A stretch of DNA of 46,056 nt from Ruminococcaceae bacterium UBA1772 (GTDB lineage Bacteria > Bacillota > Clostridia > Oscillospirales > Acutalibacteraceae): the NCBI GenBank assembly GCA_002314645.1, contig DCGS01000043.1, positions 1 through 46,056 on the forward strand. The letters run 5' to 3'. A program made the translations under genes and the position numbers. The notes under the pieces are model-generated. The model saw only the letters and a program-made list of their open reading frames with translations, searched no databases and was not told the DNA's origin. This document shows, one piece after another, positions 1 to 9,321 of the stretch. Each line of letters starts with the position of its first letter. Within the stretch, counting starts at the first letter, position 1.

Positions 1-572
1 ATATCATGGTTAATATATGCAATTCTATCTGAAAGCTTAACAATTCTACCTTCAAGGGTGTCTGCTTCCTTACCAGTTGTGTGGCAGAGAATTCCGTCAC
101 GTACTTCTGCGGTAAGGTTAAGTCCTTTTCCACCCTTTTCAAGCTTGTCAACAACACGAAGACTCTGCTCGTAGTGTTTAAAGCCTTCAGGGAAAACAGC
201 ATCAAGTGCTCTTTCACCTGCATGACCAAAAGGAGTGTGTCCAAGGTCATGGCCTAGGGCAATGGCCTCAGTTAAGTCCTCATTAAGTCTAAGCCCTCTT
301 GAAATTGTTCTTGCAATCTGAGCAACCTCAAGAGTGTGAGTAAGACGGGTTCTGTAGTGGTCACCAGTTGGTGCAAGAAAAACCTGAGTCTTATGTTTAA
401 GTCTGCGGAAAGAACTGCAGTGTATAATTCTATCCCTATCTCTTTGATATTCAGTACGAATTTCACAAGGCTCTTCGTACCTTACTCTTCCCTTGCTGTG
501 GCTTTCTCTTGCAGCCAGTGCAGAAAGAGTAATTTCTTCAAGCTTTAGAGTTTCTTCATGTATGTTTTTCAT
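1..572 (-). CDS. dGTPase-like HD-domain deoxynucleoside triphosphate triphosphohydrolase (N-terminal part; gene runs off the window start)
   Basis: Manual minus-strand translation from ATG 572: [13 protein letters not shown]...[11 protein letters not shown]...[13 protein letters not shown]...[15 protein letters not shown]. This carries the HD motif typical of the Dgt family. The ATGA start/stop overlaps the upstream gene. Absent from the ORF track because it is truncated. Confidence 0.8.
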   Translation of the reverse strand, partial: MKNIHEETLKLEEITLSALAARESHSKGRVRYEEPCEIRTEYQRDRDRIIHCSSFRRLKHKTQVFLAPTGDHYRTRLTHTLEVAQIARTISRGLRLNEDLTEAIALGHDLGHTPFGHAGERALDAVFPEGFKHYEQSLRVVDKLEKGGKGLNLTAEVRDGILCHTTGKEADTLEGRIVKLSDRIAYINHD

Positions 573-1807
573 TCGTCACGCATCTTTCTGAGCACAGCGC
601 CCTGTGGAATAGATTTATTTGAACGAATTTTAATTGTTGCCATAGGGTTTGGTGCAACGTCAATTCGTTCACCCTTGTCGTTGTACATTTCTTCGACTTT
701 TATTGTGAAAGGCTTTGTCTTTGGCATTAGCACCTCAAGTTCATCGCCCTCAAAAAATCTATTTCTTTGAGTTACTGTTAAGAATTCACCATCTGAAGAC
801 TGAACATTTGCAATAATGTCCCACTCTCTAATGTAAATTCCATCGTAGTAAATGTTTGCGTCCTCATTAGGGCGGCCAAAGTAGAAACCTGTACAGTAGT
901 CGCGGTAGCTGATTTTTCTCATTTCATCAACCATCCACTGTTCTGGTTTGTAGTCTGGCGATGGATTTTCAAGATATCCATCTATTGCCGCTCTGTAGGC
1001 ATTAGTAACAGCAGCTGCATAGTATGCGGACTTTGCACGTCCCTCTATTTTAAAGCTGTCTACGCCAGCTGCTACAAGCTCTGGTATGTGTTCAATCATG
1101 CACATATCTCTAGAGTTCATGATATATGTGCCTTCTTCACTGTCAGACACCTCAAAGTACTGGCCAGGTCTCTTTTCCTCAACAAGATGGTATTTCCATC
1201 TGCAAGGCTGAGCACAGTCGCCACGGTTGGCATCTCTTCCTGTGAAGTAGTTTGAAAGAAGACATCTACCTGAAAAAGACATGCACATAGCACCATGTAC
1301 AAAGCATTCAATTTCAAGGTCCTTTGGAGTCCTTGCACGTATTTCTGCAATTTCATCCAAAGATACTTCTCTTGCAGTAATAATTCTCTTTGCACCCAAG
1401 TCATAAAAAGCGTTAGCAGTAATGTAGTTTACTGTACCTGCCTGGGTAGAAATGTGAATTGGTACGTCTGGTGCATATTTCTGTGCGCACTTCATAACGC
1501 CAAGATCTGCAACAATAAATGCGTCCACTCCTGCATCCTTTGCCTTTTCAAAGAATGATGGGAGCTTGTCCAGTTCATCATTTCTTGGGAGTGTGTTCAT
1601 TATATAATGAACAGCTGTCCCCTTTTCGTGACACATTGAAACGGCCTTCTTCAACTTCTCATCAGAAAAGTTTTCAGGAGCAGCTCTCATATTAAATTGT
1701 TCGCCACCAAGGTACACGGCGTCTGCGCCATACTGAAGTACAGCTTCAAGTCTTTCCATGTCACCTGCCGGACAGAGAAGTTCCGGTCTTCTAGTTTCAA
1801 TAGCCAT
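569..1807 (-). CDS. Peptidase U32 family protein (YrrO/TrhP-like)
   Basis: 412-aa ORF with the U32 signature [21 protein letters not shown] and an AGGGGA RBS. Lies downstream of mltG, as yrrL-yrrO does in Bacillus. Confidence 0.85.
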   Translation of the reverse strand: MAIETRRPELLCPAGDMERLEAVLQYGADAVYLGGEQFNMRAAPENFSDEKLKKAVSMCHEKGTAVHYIMNTLPRNDELDKLPSFFEKAKDAGVDAFIVADLGVMKCAQKYAPDVPIHISTQAGTVNYITANAFYDLGAKRIITAREVSLDEIAEIRARTPKDLEIECFVHGAMCMSFSGRCLLSNYFTGRDANRGDCAQPCRWKYHLVEEKRPGQYFEVSDSEEGTYIMNSRDMCMIEHIPELVAAGVDSFKIEGRAKSAYYAAAVTNAYRAAIDGYLENPSPDYKPEQWMVDEMRKISYRDYCTGFYFGRPNEDANIYYDGIYIREWDIIANVQSSDGEFLTVTQRNRFFEGDELEVLMPKTKPFTIKVEEMYNDKGERIDVAPNPMATIKIRSNKSIPQGAVLRKMRDE

Positions 1808-1820
1808 TTTATTCCCCTAA

Positions 1821-3302
1821 TTACTTACTTGAATTTAAAGTCTGATAGTAGTTTGCATTGTGCTCTGACTCAGTTCTTGCAGTGTACATTTTTCCTGACT
1901 TGTCATGACAGAAGTAGTATGCATCTGTGTCTGATGGCCAAAGAACTGATTCAATTGCTTCCTTACCTGGGTTGCACATTGGTCCTACTGGAAGACCCTT
2001 ACATGCATAGGTACTGTACCTTGCCCAGTAGGTGTCATATTCACCTGCTGAAACATTAGGCTTGATATATGTGTTTACATAGAAGTTAGTTGCATCTGAC
2101 TGAAGAGATGGGAATCCTGTTGAATTAAGTCTGTTAAAGAAGATTTTTGCAATAACAGGCATTTGCTCAGAATTACCAGCTTCCTTTTGAACAATGGATG
2201 CAAGTGTTAAAACATCGTCCATTGAAAGCCCAAGTTCATTTGCTCTTGTCTCATACTCCTTTGTCCACTTATCCTGAGAGTTTTCAAGAAGCTTGTTAAT
2301 AACTGAACTTGCATTCTGACCTACAAAGAATTCGTAGGTATCTGGGTATAGATAACCTTCAAGGTAATGGTATCTTGAAGTCTTGTCTTCCATTTCAGCA
2401 ATGAATTTGAAACTTGAGAAGTTTGCTTTTTCAATGTTGTTGAAGAATTCATCGCTCATACAAACGCCGCTCTTTTCAAGCTTTTTAGCTATTTGTTCAA
2501 TTGTAAATCCTTCAGGGATTGTAACTGTAACAGTCTCAGCCTTCTGAATTTCCTGACATGAAAGAAGCATTTTTTCAAGGCCCATATTAGGTGTCAAATA
2601 GTAAACACCACTGAGGTATACGGGCTCTTTGCCACTTGAATTATGTAGACCACCTGTAAGTCCCATAAAGATTTTACAGAGCGATCCATGCTTAATAAGT
2701 CCAACCTTATCAAGCTGATTAATTACCTGAGCGGTTGTAGCATTTTCTCCAACTGTAATTGTTGCAACGTCGTCGCCTCTGTTGAAGGCAAGGATGTCAT
2801 TTATGAAGGACATAGTAAACATTGAAAGGAAGATGGAAATTAAAAGTAGAATGCCAAGATAAATGGCTGTTCCCTTTTTGCCGCCATTCTTTATTGCCTT
2901 TGAAACAGCCATAAAGAATGCTTCAAATCCATTCTTTGGTTTTCTTGCACGAGATCTAGAAGGTGCACCTGCAGGCGCTGGTTTCTTTGCAGCAAAGTAA
3001 ACCTCACCCTCGTAGTATGTTGCATTTTGATCATTCATCTTTGAATAGTCTGTCTTGTCCTCGTACATCTTAATGCCGTTTTTAGTAGTTGTTGAAATAC
3101 GAGTCTTTGGAGCAGAACTTCCCTTTAACAAAGATGCAAGTGGATTGGTCTTTTTAGGCGCAGCTTTTTTGCCACGAGAATTAGAAGACGTTCTCTTTGG
3201 AGCCTGTCTAGTTCCCCTAGCACCACTTGGCTGTGCCGTTCTATTTGGAGCAGGACGTCTATTTTCCGTACCCCTTGTAGGACCATTGTTATACTCTGCC
3301 AT
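1821..3302 (-). CDS. mltG: Endolytic murein transglycosylase MltG (YceG-like), with a long basic, low-complexity N-terminus and one TM segment
   Basis: 493-aa ORF. The C-terminal YceG domain carries LASIVQKEAG...FFNRLN...LQSDATNFY. Confidence 0.85.
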   Translation of the reverse strand: MAEYNNGPTRGTENRRPAPNRTAQPSGARGTRQAPKRTSSNSRGKKAAPKKTNPLASLLKGSSAPKTRISTTTKNGIKMYEDKTDYSKMNDQNATYYEGEVYFAAKKPAPAGAPSRSRARKPKNGFEAFFMAVSKAIKNGGKKGTAIYLGILLLISIFLSMFTMSFINDILAFNRGDDVATITVGENATTAQVINQLDKVGLIKHGSLCKIFMGLTGGLHNSSGKEPVYLSGVYYLTPNMGLEKMLLSCQEIQKAETVTVTIPEGFTIEQIAKKLEKSGVCMSDEFFNNIEKANFSSFKFIAEMEDKTSRYHYLEGYLYPDTYEFFVGQNASSVINKLLENSQDKWTKEYETRANELGLSMDDVLTLASIVQKEAGNSEQMPVIAKIFFNRLNSTGFPSLQSDATNFYVNTYIKPNVSAGEYDTYWARYSTYACKGLPVGPMCNPGKEAIESVLWPSDTDAYYFCHDKSGKMYTARTESEHNANYYQTLNSSK

Positions 3303-3320
3303 TTTGGAATAAAACCCCCA

Positions 3321-3872
3321 TTAAAATCTGTACTGCATTGCTTCTGTTACGCGTCTTGCAGCAGAACCACCAACAAGCCAGCCTGTAACTGCCTCGCCGA
3401 ATTTAATAGCGTTACCAGCACCATCAGCTGTTATAACGTTGCCATCTATTGTAACTGAACCACCTGTAAATACGGCACAGTTTAATTCCTTTTCAAAGCC
3501 TGGGAAACAAGTTGCCTTCTTAGCCTTAAGAAGACCCATGTGACCAAGGATTGATGGAGCTGCACAAATTGCAGCAACAAGTCTGTCGTTGTCAAAGCAG
3601 AACTGAACAACTTCTAAAACTTCCTTTGAAGCCTCAAGGTTCTTAGTTCCTGGCATACCACCTGGAAGAACAACGCCCTGCATATCCTTGTCCATTTTTA
3701 CATCAGATAAAGTCATATCTGCCTTAATTGTAATTCCATGAGAACCAGTTACGAACTCACTGCTTGAATCTACAGCAACAGTCTTAACGTCAACACCAGC
3801 TCTTCTCATTACGTCAACAGGAGCAATAGCCTCTGTCTCTTCAAAGCCGTTTGCTAAAAATAAGTAAATCAT
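3321..3872 (-). CDS. DJ-1/PfpI family protein
   Basis: MIYLFLANGFEETEA... with the nucleophile-elbow motif AAICAAPSILG. Start moved to ATG 3872, which follows GGAGGAG. The track start at 3893 would overlap the upstream stop. Confidence 0.85.
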   Translation of the reverse strand: MIYLFLANGFEETEAIAPVDVMRRAGVDVKTVAVDSSSEFVTGSHGITIKADMTLSDVKMDKDMQGVVLPGGMPGTKNLEASKEVLEVVQFCFDNDRLVAAICAAPSILGHMGLLKAKKATCFPGFEKELNCAVFTGGSVTIDGNVITADGAGNAIKFGEAVTGWLVGGSAARRVTEAMQYRF

Positions 3873-3885
3873 ATTTTCTCCTCCA

Positions 3886-4743
3886 TTATCCAAGTGTCAA
3901 GCCTATCCAGGCGTTATTTAAAACCTCTTGGGCCTTTTTTCCTTCTTCTGAAGTTGGCACAGACATGCCAACATTTTCTACTGTTTCATCTTCCTTACAA
4001 ATACTTGAGAATGACGGAAGATTAAAAGTAAACTTCTCCGCACCGTCTTCTAAAAGTAGCATTTTGAAAAGCTCCGACGGATCAGATAAAGTACACATTT
4101 CTTTAACGTAGACGGTGTCTTTGCCCATGTTGTACATTGCATACCCGTCACTAGTAAAGGCAATGGAACCCGAACAATATGTGTGTTCCATCATTGCATA
4201 CTTAAGGGCGGCTTCACCCCAGTTAAAGAAATCTTTAAAGCCAAAGGATGTCTGCCTTGTTTCAAAGACATTGAGTTTAAATGCCTCTGAAAGGTCAGGC
4301 TCAGTAGCCAACGCATTAAGTTCACTTCTTGTGTAGTGAACAACCTTCTTGTTGAACTTCGTTTCAAATCCAAACTTTGAATAGTAGTCAAAGAGATATT
4401 CCTCTGCTGGAACTAAAACTATGAAGTCTATTCCACGTTCTTTTGCTACTGCCTTTGCAGAATTTATAACCTTCTCCATATGACCACGACGTCTGTACTT
4501 TGGGTGCGTAGCGGCGGCATAAAAATAATATGCACTGTATGGTCTTCCTCCAACAACAAGCTGTGCTGGAATTAAAAATGCCATTGAAACAACTACGCCA
4601 CATTCCCTGGAGACTATTGTGTTCTCTGGAGAATAAAGGTTGGTAAGGAATAAGTTGATATATTCATCAGAGTCCGAGAATGCCATTCTCCATATTGCTG
4701 AGATATTTTCAATGTCGGTATCCCTGGCAAATATTTCGTCCAT
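3886..4743 (-). CDS. GNAT-family N-acetyltransferase with an extra C-terminal domain
   Basis: Acetyl-CoA-binding-like motif HPKYRRRGHMEKVINSA. The start is probably ATG 4743 (MDEIF...), 1 nt after the upstream stop. The track start is 4761. Confidence 0.6.
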   Translation of the reverse strand: MDEIFARDTDIENISAIWRMAFSDSDEYINLFLTNLYSPENTIVSRECGVVVSMAFLIPAQLVVGGRPYSAYYFYAAATHPKYRRRGHMEKVINSAKAVAKERGIDFIVLVPAEEYLFDYYSKFGFETKFNKKVVHYTRSELNALATEPDLSEAFKLNVFETRQTSFGFKDFFNWGEAALKYAMMEHTYCSGSIAFTSDGYAMYNMGKDTVYVKEMCTLSDPSELFKMLLLEDGAEKFTFNLPSFSSICKEDETVENVGMSVPTSEEGKKAQEVLNNAWIGLTLG

Positions 4744-4744
4744 C

Positions 4745-5626
4745 CTACACCATCCTTGCATTTTGTTTATTGAGTAGGAATGCGGGTCTATATGACTCCT
4801 TAGCCTTTCTAAGTCCCGGAATTCCCAAGTCTTCTTCTCTGTTTACGTACTCGTATTTAGAAATTGTGTTTTTGGCAAATTCTCTGTTTATCATTGGGTA
4901 TGCACCGCGAATGGCAGAGGATGCCTTTTCAACATGAGTACAAAAAACCTTGTCGTTTATTCCTTCGCCAAAGGTAAAAGCAACAATTTCCCCTTCAACA
5001 CGAAGAATGCCACCAGTAAAGCCAATTTCAAAGAATGCACCAAGTGCCTTTTCAATTGCATCCAGTTCCTTGTCTGTACCAGTTTCTTGTTTTTCTTTGT
5101 TGGACAAGAACCAGTACCTTGCAAAGTCAAGACACTCGTTTAAATTGTCCTCTGTAATTTTCTCATAAGACCAATCAAAGTTATTTTCAAAGAATGAAAT
5201 ATGGTTTCTCTTTGAGTGGTATTTCTTGCCTGGAAGAAGTGCTAGATCTTCGACTCTGTAAATGTAGTCTGAAACGTCCCTTGCTTCTTGGAATTCAAAC
5301 TCATTTGGAAAAGTCTTTTCAATTAGCTTTCTCTGTTCTTCATCCACACAGTGGAATGAAAGAGTCATATTGTTTTCTTCCGTGTATTGTTTTAGGCAAT
5401 CCAAGCCCTCTACAATTTTCTCTTCTGTTTTAGCAGCTGGAACCGTAAATGAGTTTCCAGCCTTAAGATAAATAATTTCATTCTCAACTGCAATTTTGCA
5501 GTCGTAATGTTCGCCCCACATATATAAGTTTCCAAAGCATGCTTCTGACCCCATTCTTGAAAGGGATGAAAATACATCTTTGAAAAATGTTACATCTTTT
5601 AGTGTGGCTTCTTTAAATTCAAGCAT
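4745..5626 (-). CDS. DUF2156 (lysyl-phosphatidylglycerol synthase C-terminal-like) domain protein
   Basis: 293-aa ORF with GKKYHSKRNHISFF and NREEDLGIPGLRKAKESYRP, motifs I associate with free-standing DUF2156 proteins. Confidence 0.55.
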   Translation of the reverse strand: MLEFKEATLKDVTFFKDVFSSLSRMGSEACFGNLYMWGEHYDCKIAVENEIIYLKAGNSFTVPAAKTEEKIVEGLDCLKQYTEENNMTLSFHCVDEEQRKLIEKTFPNEFEFQEARDVSDYIYRVEDLALLPGKKYHSKRNHISFFENNFDWSYEKITEDNLNECLDFARYWFLSNKEKQETGTDKELDAIEKALGAFFEIGFTGGILRVEGEIVAFTFGEGINDKVFCTHVEKASSAIRGAYPMINREFAKNTISKYEYVNREEDLGIPGLRKAKESYRPAFLLNKQNARMV

Positions 5627-6300
5627 TAAACAACTCCATTAACTACGAGTGCAATTTCCTTTGAAATGTCATCTATGGATTTTGGTTCTCCATTTTGTGA
5701 GCATTCAATAACCTTCCATGAAAGTTTTTCAGCTGCATAAAGAGCAGCCTCTCTACACTTCTTCAAGTACTCTACGTCTGCTTCGTGAACATCCTTTTTA
5801 GCTTCATCGCCATTATATCTTGAAGTCATAAGCTTCTGAGATATTTCAACAGGCATGTCAAGGAAAATGACAAGTGAAGGCTTTGGAACTCCTATTTTTT
5901 CATATTCGAAATCTTCAAGCCAAGAGAGGTATGAATCCCATTCACTCTTTTCTAGTTTGGTCATTTGGTGAGCAGCATTTGATGTTGTATATCTGTCTGC
6001 CAAAATGAGTGTTCCAGATTCATATTCCTTCTTCCATTTTCTAGAGAAGTTTGCAAACCTGTCCACCGCATAAAAAGCAGATGCAGCATATGCATTTACA
6101 GCAGATGGATCTGAGCCAAAGTCTCCGCCAAGGTACATTCTTACAAGAGAGCTTGACGCGTCCTCATAATCTGGAAGCTTTATTTTTAAAATTTCCTTGC
6201 CAGAATCTAGAAGGCTTTTTCCAAGAATTTCAGTCTGTGTTGATTTTCCTGAGCCATCCAGTCCATCCACAACTATTAACTTGCCATTTAGGTTTGCCAT
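5626..6300 (-). CDS. Thymidylate kinase-like nucleoside monophosphate kinase
   Basis: P-loop VVDGLDGSGKSTQ and a DRY motif (LADRYTTSN). ATG 6300 follows GGGTGA. TAATG overlap with the downstream gene. Confidence 0.7.
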   Translation of the reverse strand: MANLNGKLIVVDGLDGSGKSTQTEILGKSLLDSGKEILKIKLPDYEDASSSLVRMYLGGDFGSDPSAVNAYAASAFYAVDRFANFSRKWKKEYESGTLILADRYTTSNAAHQMTKLEKSEWDSYLSWLEDFEYEKIGVPKPSLVIFLDMPVEISQKLMTSRYNGDEAKKDVHEADVEYLKKCREAALYAAEKLSWKVIECSQNGEPKSIDDISKEIALVVNGVV

Positions 6301-6425
6301 AATATTCACCCATCTATTATATATAAAATAAATTTATTTATATACTACTATACGTAAGTTGTTATTATAGCAAAAGAAAAATTAAATATCAATAGAACTT
6401 CATACATTTTTCAATGAAAAATGAC

Positions 6426-6454
6426 AAAAAAATAGGCGAGCTATTGCCCGCCTA
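6426..6454 (-). terminator. Rho-independent terminator after mazF
   Basis: Minus strand reads TAGGCGGGC-AATA-GCTCGCCTA (9-bp stem with one G-U pair) followed by TTTTTTT. It starts 2 nt after the mazF stop. Confidence 0.8.
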
Positions 6455-6456
6455 CT

Positions 6457-6813
6457 TTATGCTCCCACTGCCTTAAGTCCCATGCTAACTGAAATTGCTA
6501 AATCTATGCTATTCATAATATTTTCAGGAAGAGTTCCAATTCGCTCTCTTAGACGCTTTTTATCTAGAGTTCTAACCTGTTCTAAAAGAACAACTGAATC
6601 CTTTGCAAGACCAGATACATCTGCTGGAATTGTAATGTGAGTTGGCAAATCCGCTTTGAATTTTTGGCTGGTTATGGCAGCCGCAATTACTGTTGGACTG
6701 TATTTATTTCCCACATCATTTTGAACAATAAGTACTGGTCTAATTCCGCCCTGTTCCGAACCAATTACGGGACTCAAATCAGCATAAAAAATATCTCCAC
6801 GTTTAACGTTCAT
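6457..6813 (-). CDS. mazF: MazF/PemK/EndoA-family type II toxin endoribonuclease
   Basis: [50 protein letters not shown]... is near-identical in pattern to Bacillus EndoA (NdoA). RBS GGGAGAG. Confidence 0.9.
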   Translation of the reverse strand: MNVKRGDIFYADLSPVIGSEQGGIRPVLIVQNDVGNKYSPTVIAAAITSQKFKADLPTHITIPADVSGLAKDSVVLLEQVRTLDKKRLRERIGTLPENIMNSIDLAISVSMGLKAVGA

Positions 6814-6934
6814 TTTATCACTCTCCCTCTTGTTGTGACATTCTTATTCTTGCCAAAAAATGAATGTTTTAATCACAACAATTTGAGGAGACTTAAAAGT
6901 CCTTTAGGACTCATTCCATATTATGTAAATACGC

Positions 6935-6973
6935 AAAAAATGACACTGTAAAGTGCAAATGCTTTACAGTGTC
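6935..6973 (-). terminator. Rho-independent terminator after nnr
   Basis: Perfect 12-bp stem GACACTGTAAAG/CTTTACAGTGTC with an 8-nt loop, followed on the minus strand by ATTTTTT. Confidence 0.8.
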
Positions 6974-6999
6974 TGCTTTTTACTTGATTTTATGTTTTG

Positions 7000-8568
7000 T
7001 TAAAGGTCATTTTCCTTATAAATAAAGCGAATTCCTTCAAAAATGTCAGATGCAACCATACCGTTTTTTGAATATTTTTTAGAAACGACATCTGCTGCAA
7101 GACCATGCATATATGCACCCATATATGCGGCTGAAAATGACTCCAAACTTTGAGCTAATAGACCGCCAATTATACCAGATAAAACATCTCCACTTCCGCC
7201 CTTTGCAAGACCAGAATTACCTGTTCTATTCATGTATATTTTTTCATTGTTTTTTGATACAACAAGAGTTGTTGGACCCTTCAAAAGAACAGTCAAATTA
7301 TACTCATTTGCAAGGGCTTTCATATCCTCAATTCTTTCATAAAGTGAATCTGAAATATCCTTACCAAGAAGACGTTTCATTTCCCCTGGATGAGGTGTAA
7401 CTATAACAGAAGAGAGTGCATCTTTTAAAACTTCCATATTCTTTGAAACAGAATTAAGTCCATCTGCATCAAGAACAAGTGGACAACTGGCATTTCTAAT
7501 AACAAATGCCACCACTTCATCAACCTCTTCCCCTTGTCCAAGGCCACAACCAAGGACAATAACAGATGCTTTTTTCATAAGACTAGAAAGTTCTGGAACA
7601 GCAGAAGTAGAAAGCTTTCCGTCCTCTGTTTCAGGAAGTGGACAAAGCATTATTTCTGACATTCCAGATGCAAATGCAGGATATGCACTTTCTGGAAAAG
7701 CTACTGTTACAAGGCCTGCGCCAGTGTACACAGCGGCTGAAGATGAGAGCTTTCCAGCTCCTGGCATACTCCTGCTTCCACAAATAAAGAGCACATGACC
7801 AAAGTCATTTTTATGTGCGTCATCATCTCTATATGGAAGAAGCATTCCATCTTCTGTGTCATCTACAGTAAAGAATTTTGGGTTACATCCCTCAAATGCT
7901 TCATCTGACATTCCTATGTCAACAATTTCAATTTCACCGCTACTTCTTTTTCCTTCTCCATATACATGACCAGGTTTAAGCGATGTAATTGCAAGTGTAA
8001 TGTCCGCAACTACGTGTTCTCCGCCTGCCTCACCGTTGTTTGCGTTTATTCCACTTGGAACATCTACCGCAAAAACAAGTGCAGGTGAAGTATTAACAAG
8101 GTGGAACATACTGCCAGCAATTACGTCTGGTTCGCCGTGGAAGCCGAACCCGAAAATACAGTCAACAAGAATGTCCGCACTGTCTATTTCGTGTTCCGCA
8201 GAAAGTGAACTTTCACTAGAAGTTCCATCATATGTATAGAATTTTATTCCAAGATCATATGCCTTTGAGTACATTTCAATTGCGTCCTCTGCTTTTGGCG
8301 CGCCTGGCATGAGAACAACACTTACAGGAAAGCCTTCTTCACACAGCTTTCTTGCAATAACAAAGCCGTCTCCACCGTTCTTTCCCGCACCACATACAAC
8401 GCATACGGATGGCTTCTCATCCATATGATAAAAATAATCATTTGCGTGCTTCATTATACGGCGCGCACAGGCAGCTCCCGCATTTTCCATAAGGCGAATA
8501 AACCTTGTACCTATTTGGTTTTCACGTTCTTCAACCCTTTTTATTTCCTCAACGGTTAATATATCCAT
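7000..8568 (-). CDS. nnr: Bifunctional NAD(P)H-hydrate repair enzyme (epimerase/ADP-dependent dehydratase)
   Basis: 522 aa. N-terminal YjeF_N domain (CGAGKNGGDG) plus a C-terminal carbohydrate-kinase-like dehydratase domain (GTGDVLSG-type GSGDVLSGIIGG). Confidence 0.9.
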   Translation of the reverse strand: MDILTVEEIKRVEERENQIGTRFIRLMENAGAACARRIMKHANDYFYHMDEKPSVCVVCGAGKNGGDGFVIARKLCEEGFPVSVVLMPGAPKAEDAIEMYSKAYDLGIKFYTYDGTSSESSLSAEHEIDSADILVDCIFGFGFHGEPDVIAGSMFHLVNTSPALVFAVDVPSGINANNGEAGGEHVVADITLAITSLKPGHVYGEGKRSSGEIEIVDIGMSDEAFEGCNPKFFTVDDTEDGMLLPYRDDDAHKNDFGHVLFICGSRSMPGAGKLSSSAAVYTGAGLVTVAFPESAYPAFASGMSEIMLCPLPETEDGKLSTSAVPELSSLMKKASVIVLGCGLGQGEEVDEVVAFVIRNASCPLVLDADGLNSVSKNMEVLKDALSSVIVTPHPGEMKRLLGKDISDSLYERIEDMKALANEYNLTVLLKGPTTLVVSKNNEKIYMNRTGNSGLAKGGSGDVLSGIIGGLLAQSLESFSAAYMGAYMHGLAADVVSKKYSKNGMVASDIFEGIRFIYKENDL

Positions 8569-8570
8569 AA

Positions 8571-8945
8571 TTAGTCCTCCAAAAGTGCAACTGCAACAGC
8601 AATTGCAACACTTTTATCATGAGTTATGCTAAGATCCATTGAAAATATTTTTTGCTCTTTTATTACTTCATAAGCAATTCCATGAAACTCATATGAAGGC
8701 TTTCCAAGTTCATCATGAACTATTTCAACATCCCTTAAGGTAAAGCCACGAACACCAAGTCCACAAAGCTTTCCAAATGCTTCCTTTGCGCACCAAGCAC
8801 CTGCAACGCTTTCAGCTTTAAAGCCCTTTTCCTTGTAGTATTCATACTCTTTTTCGCCAAAAATATGAGTTAAAAAGTTCTCATTTTCCATGGCCTTTTT
8901 AACGCGTTCAATTTCAACACAGTCTACGCCTGTCTTTATTTGCAT
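8571..8945 (-). CDS. acpS: Holo-[acyl-carrier-protein] synthase
   Basis: MQIKTGVDCVEIERV...SITHDKSVAIAVA. ATG 8945 follows GGTGA. Confidence 0.9.
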   Translation of the reverse strand: MQIKTGVDCVEIERVKKAMENENFLTHIFGEKEYEYYKEKGFKAESVAGAWCAKEAFGKLCGLGVRGFTLRDVEIVHDELGKPSYEFHGIAYEVIKEQKIFSMDLSITHDKSVAIAVAVALLED

Positions 8946-9000
8946 TATTATCACCAAAAATAGTTTATCATAATTTTATTATAAATAATATACTTTATTA

Positions 9001-9029
9001 TTGCATAAAACCCTTAAAGATGATACAAT
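9001..9029 (+). promoter_or_regulatory. Sigma-A-type promoter for the pheST leader
   Basis: TTGCAT, 17-nt spacer, TACAAT, with TG at the extended -10 position (TGATACAAT). Confidence 0.7.
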
Positions 9030-9035
9030 ACTTCC

Positions 9036-9278
9036 ACGCAAACGCAATGACGGAGAAAGTAGACTGTCAGTTTTTTGTAAAAAGAGAGAGCTGCCACCGG
9101 CTGAAAGCAGCTTTACAGAAAAGACATTTGAAGTTCCCTCCCGAGCGGTTTTCTTGAACTTTTAGTAGGGAAAAACGAGTGGTCCACGTTAAGGACATAA
9201 AGTGTCCGCTTTATGCGGGAATTACGGGTGGTACCGCGGAGTCTTACTTCGTCCCAGTATTTGGGGCGAATTTTTTTA
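9036..9278 (+). promoter_or_regulatory. T-box riboswitch leader (Phe) with intrinsic terminator
   Basis: AGTA-like and AGAGAG elements, and the conserved T-box AATTACGGGTGGTACCGCGGA at 9220..9240. Terminator stem TTCGTCCC/GGGGCGAA (9248..9270) plus T7. A UUC triplet at 9134..9136 is a candidate specifier. Sits immediately upstream of pheS. Confidence 0.85.
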
Positions 9279-9321
9279 TGCCTTCGTCCCGTAAATAAAA
9301 CACTTGAAAGGTCGAAAAGAA

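Noticed and set aside
6814-6934. Search for a mazE-like antitoxin upstream of mazF
   Set aside because: The only ORFs are 13 codons or fewer (for example MSPKGLLSLLKLL). None resembles an AbrB or RHH antitoxin, so no CDS was called.
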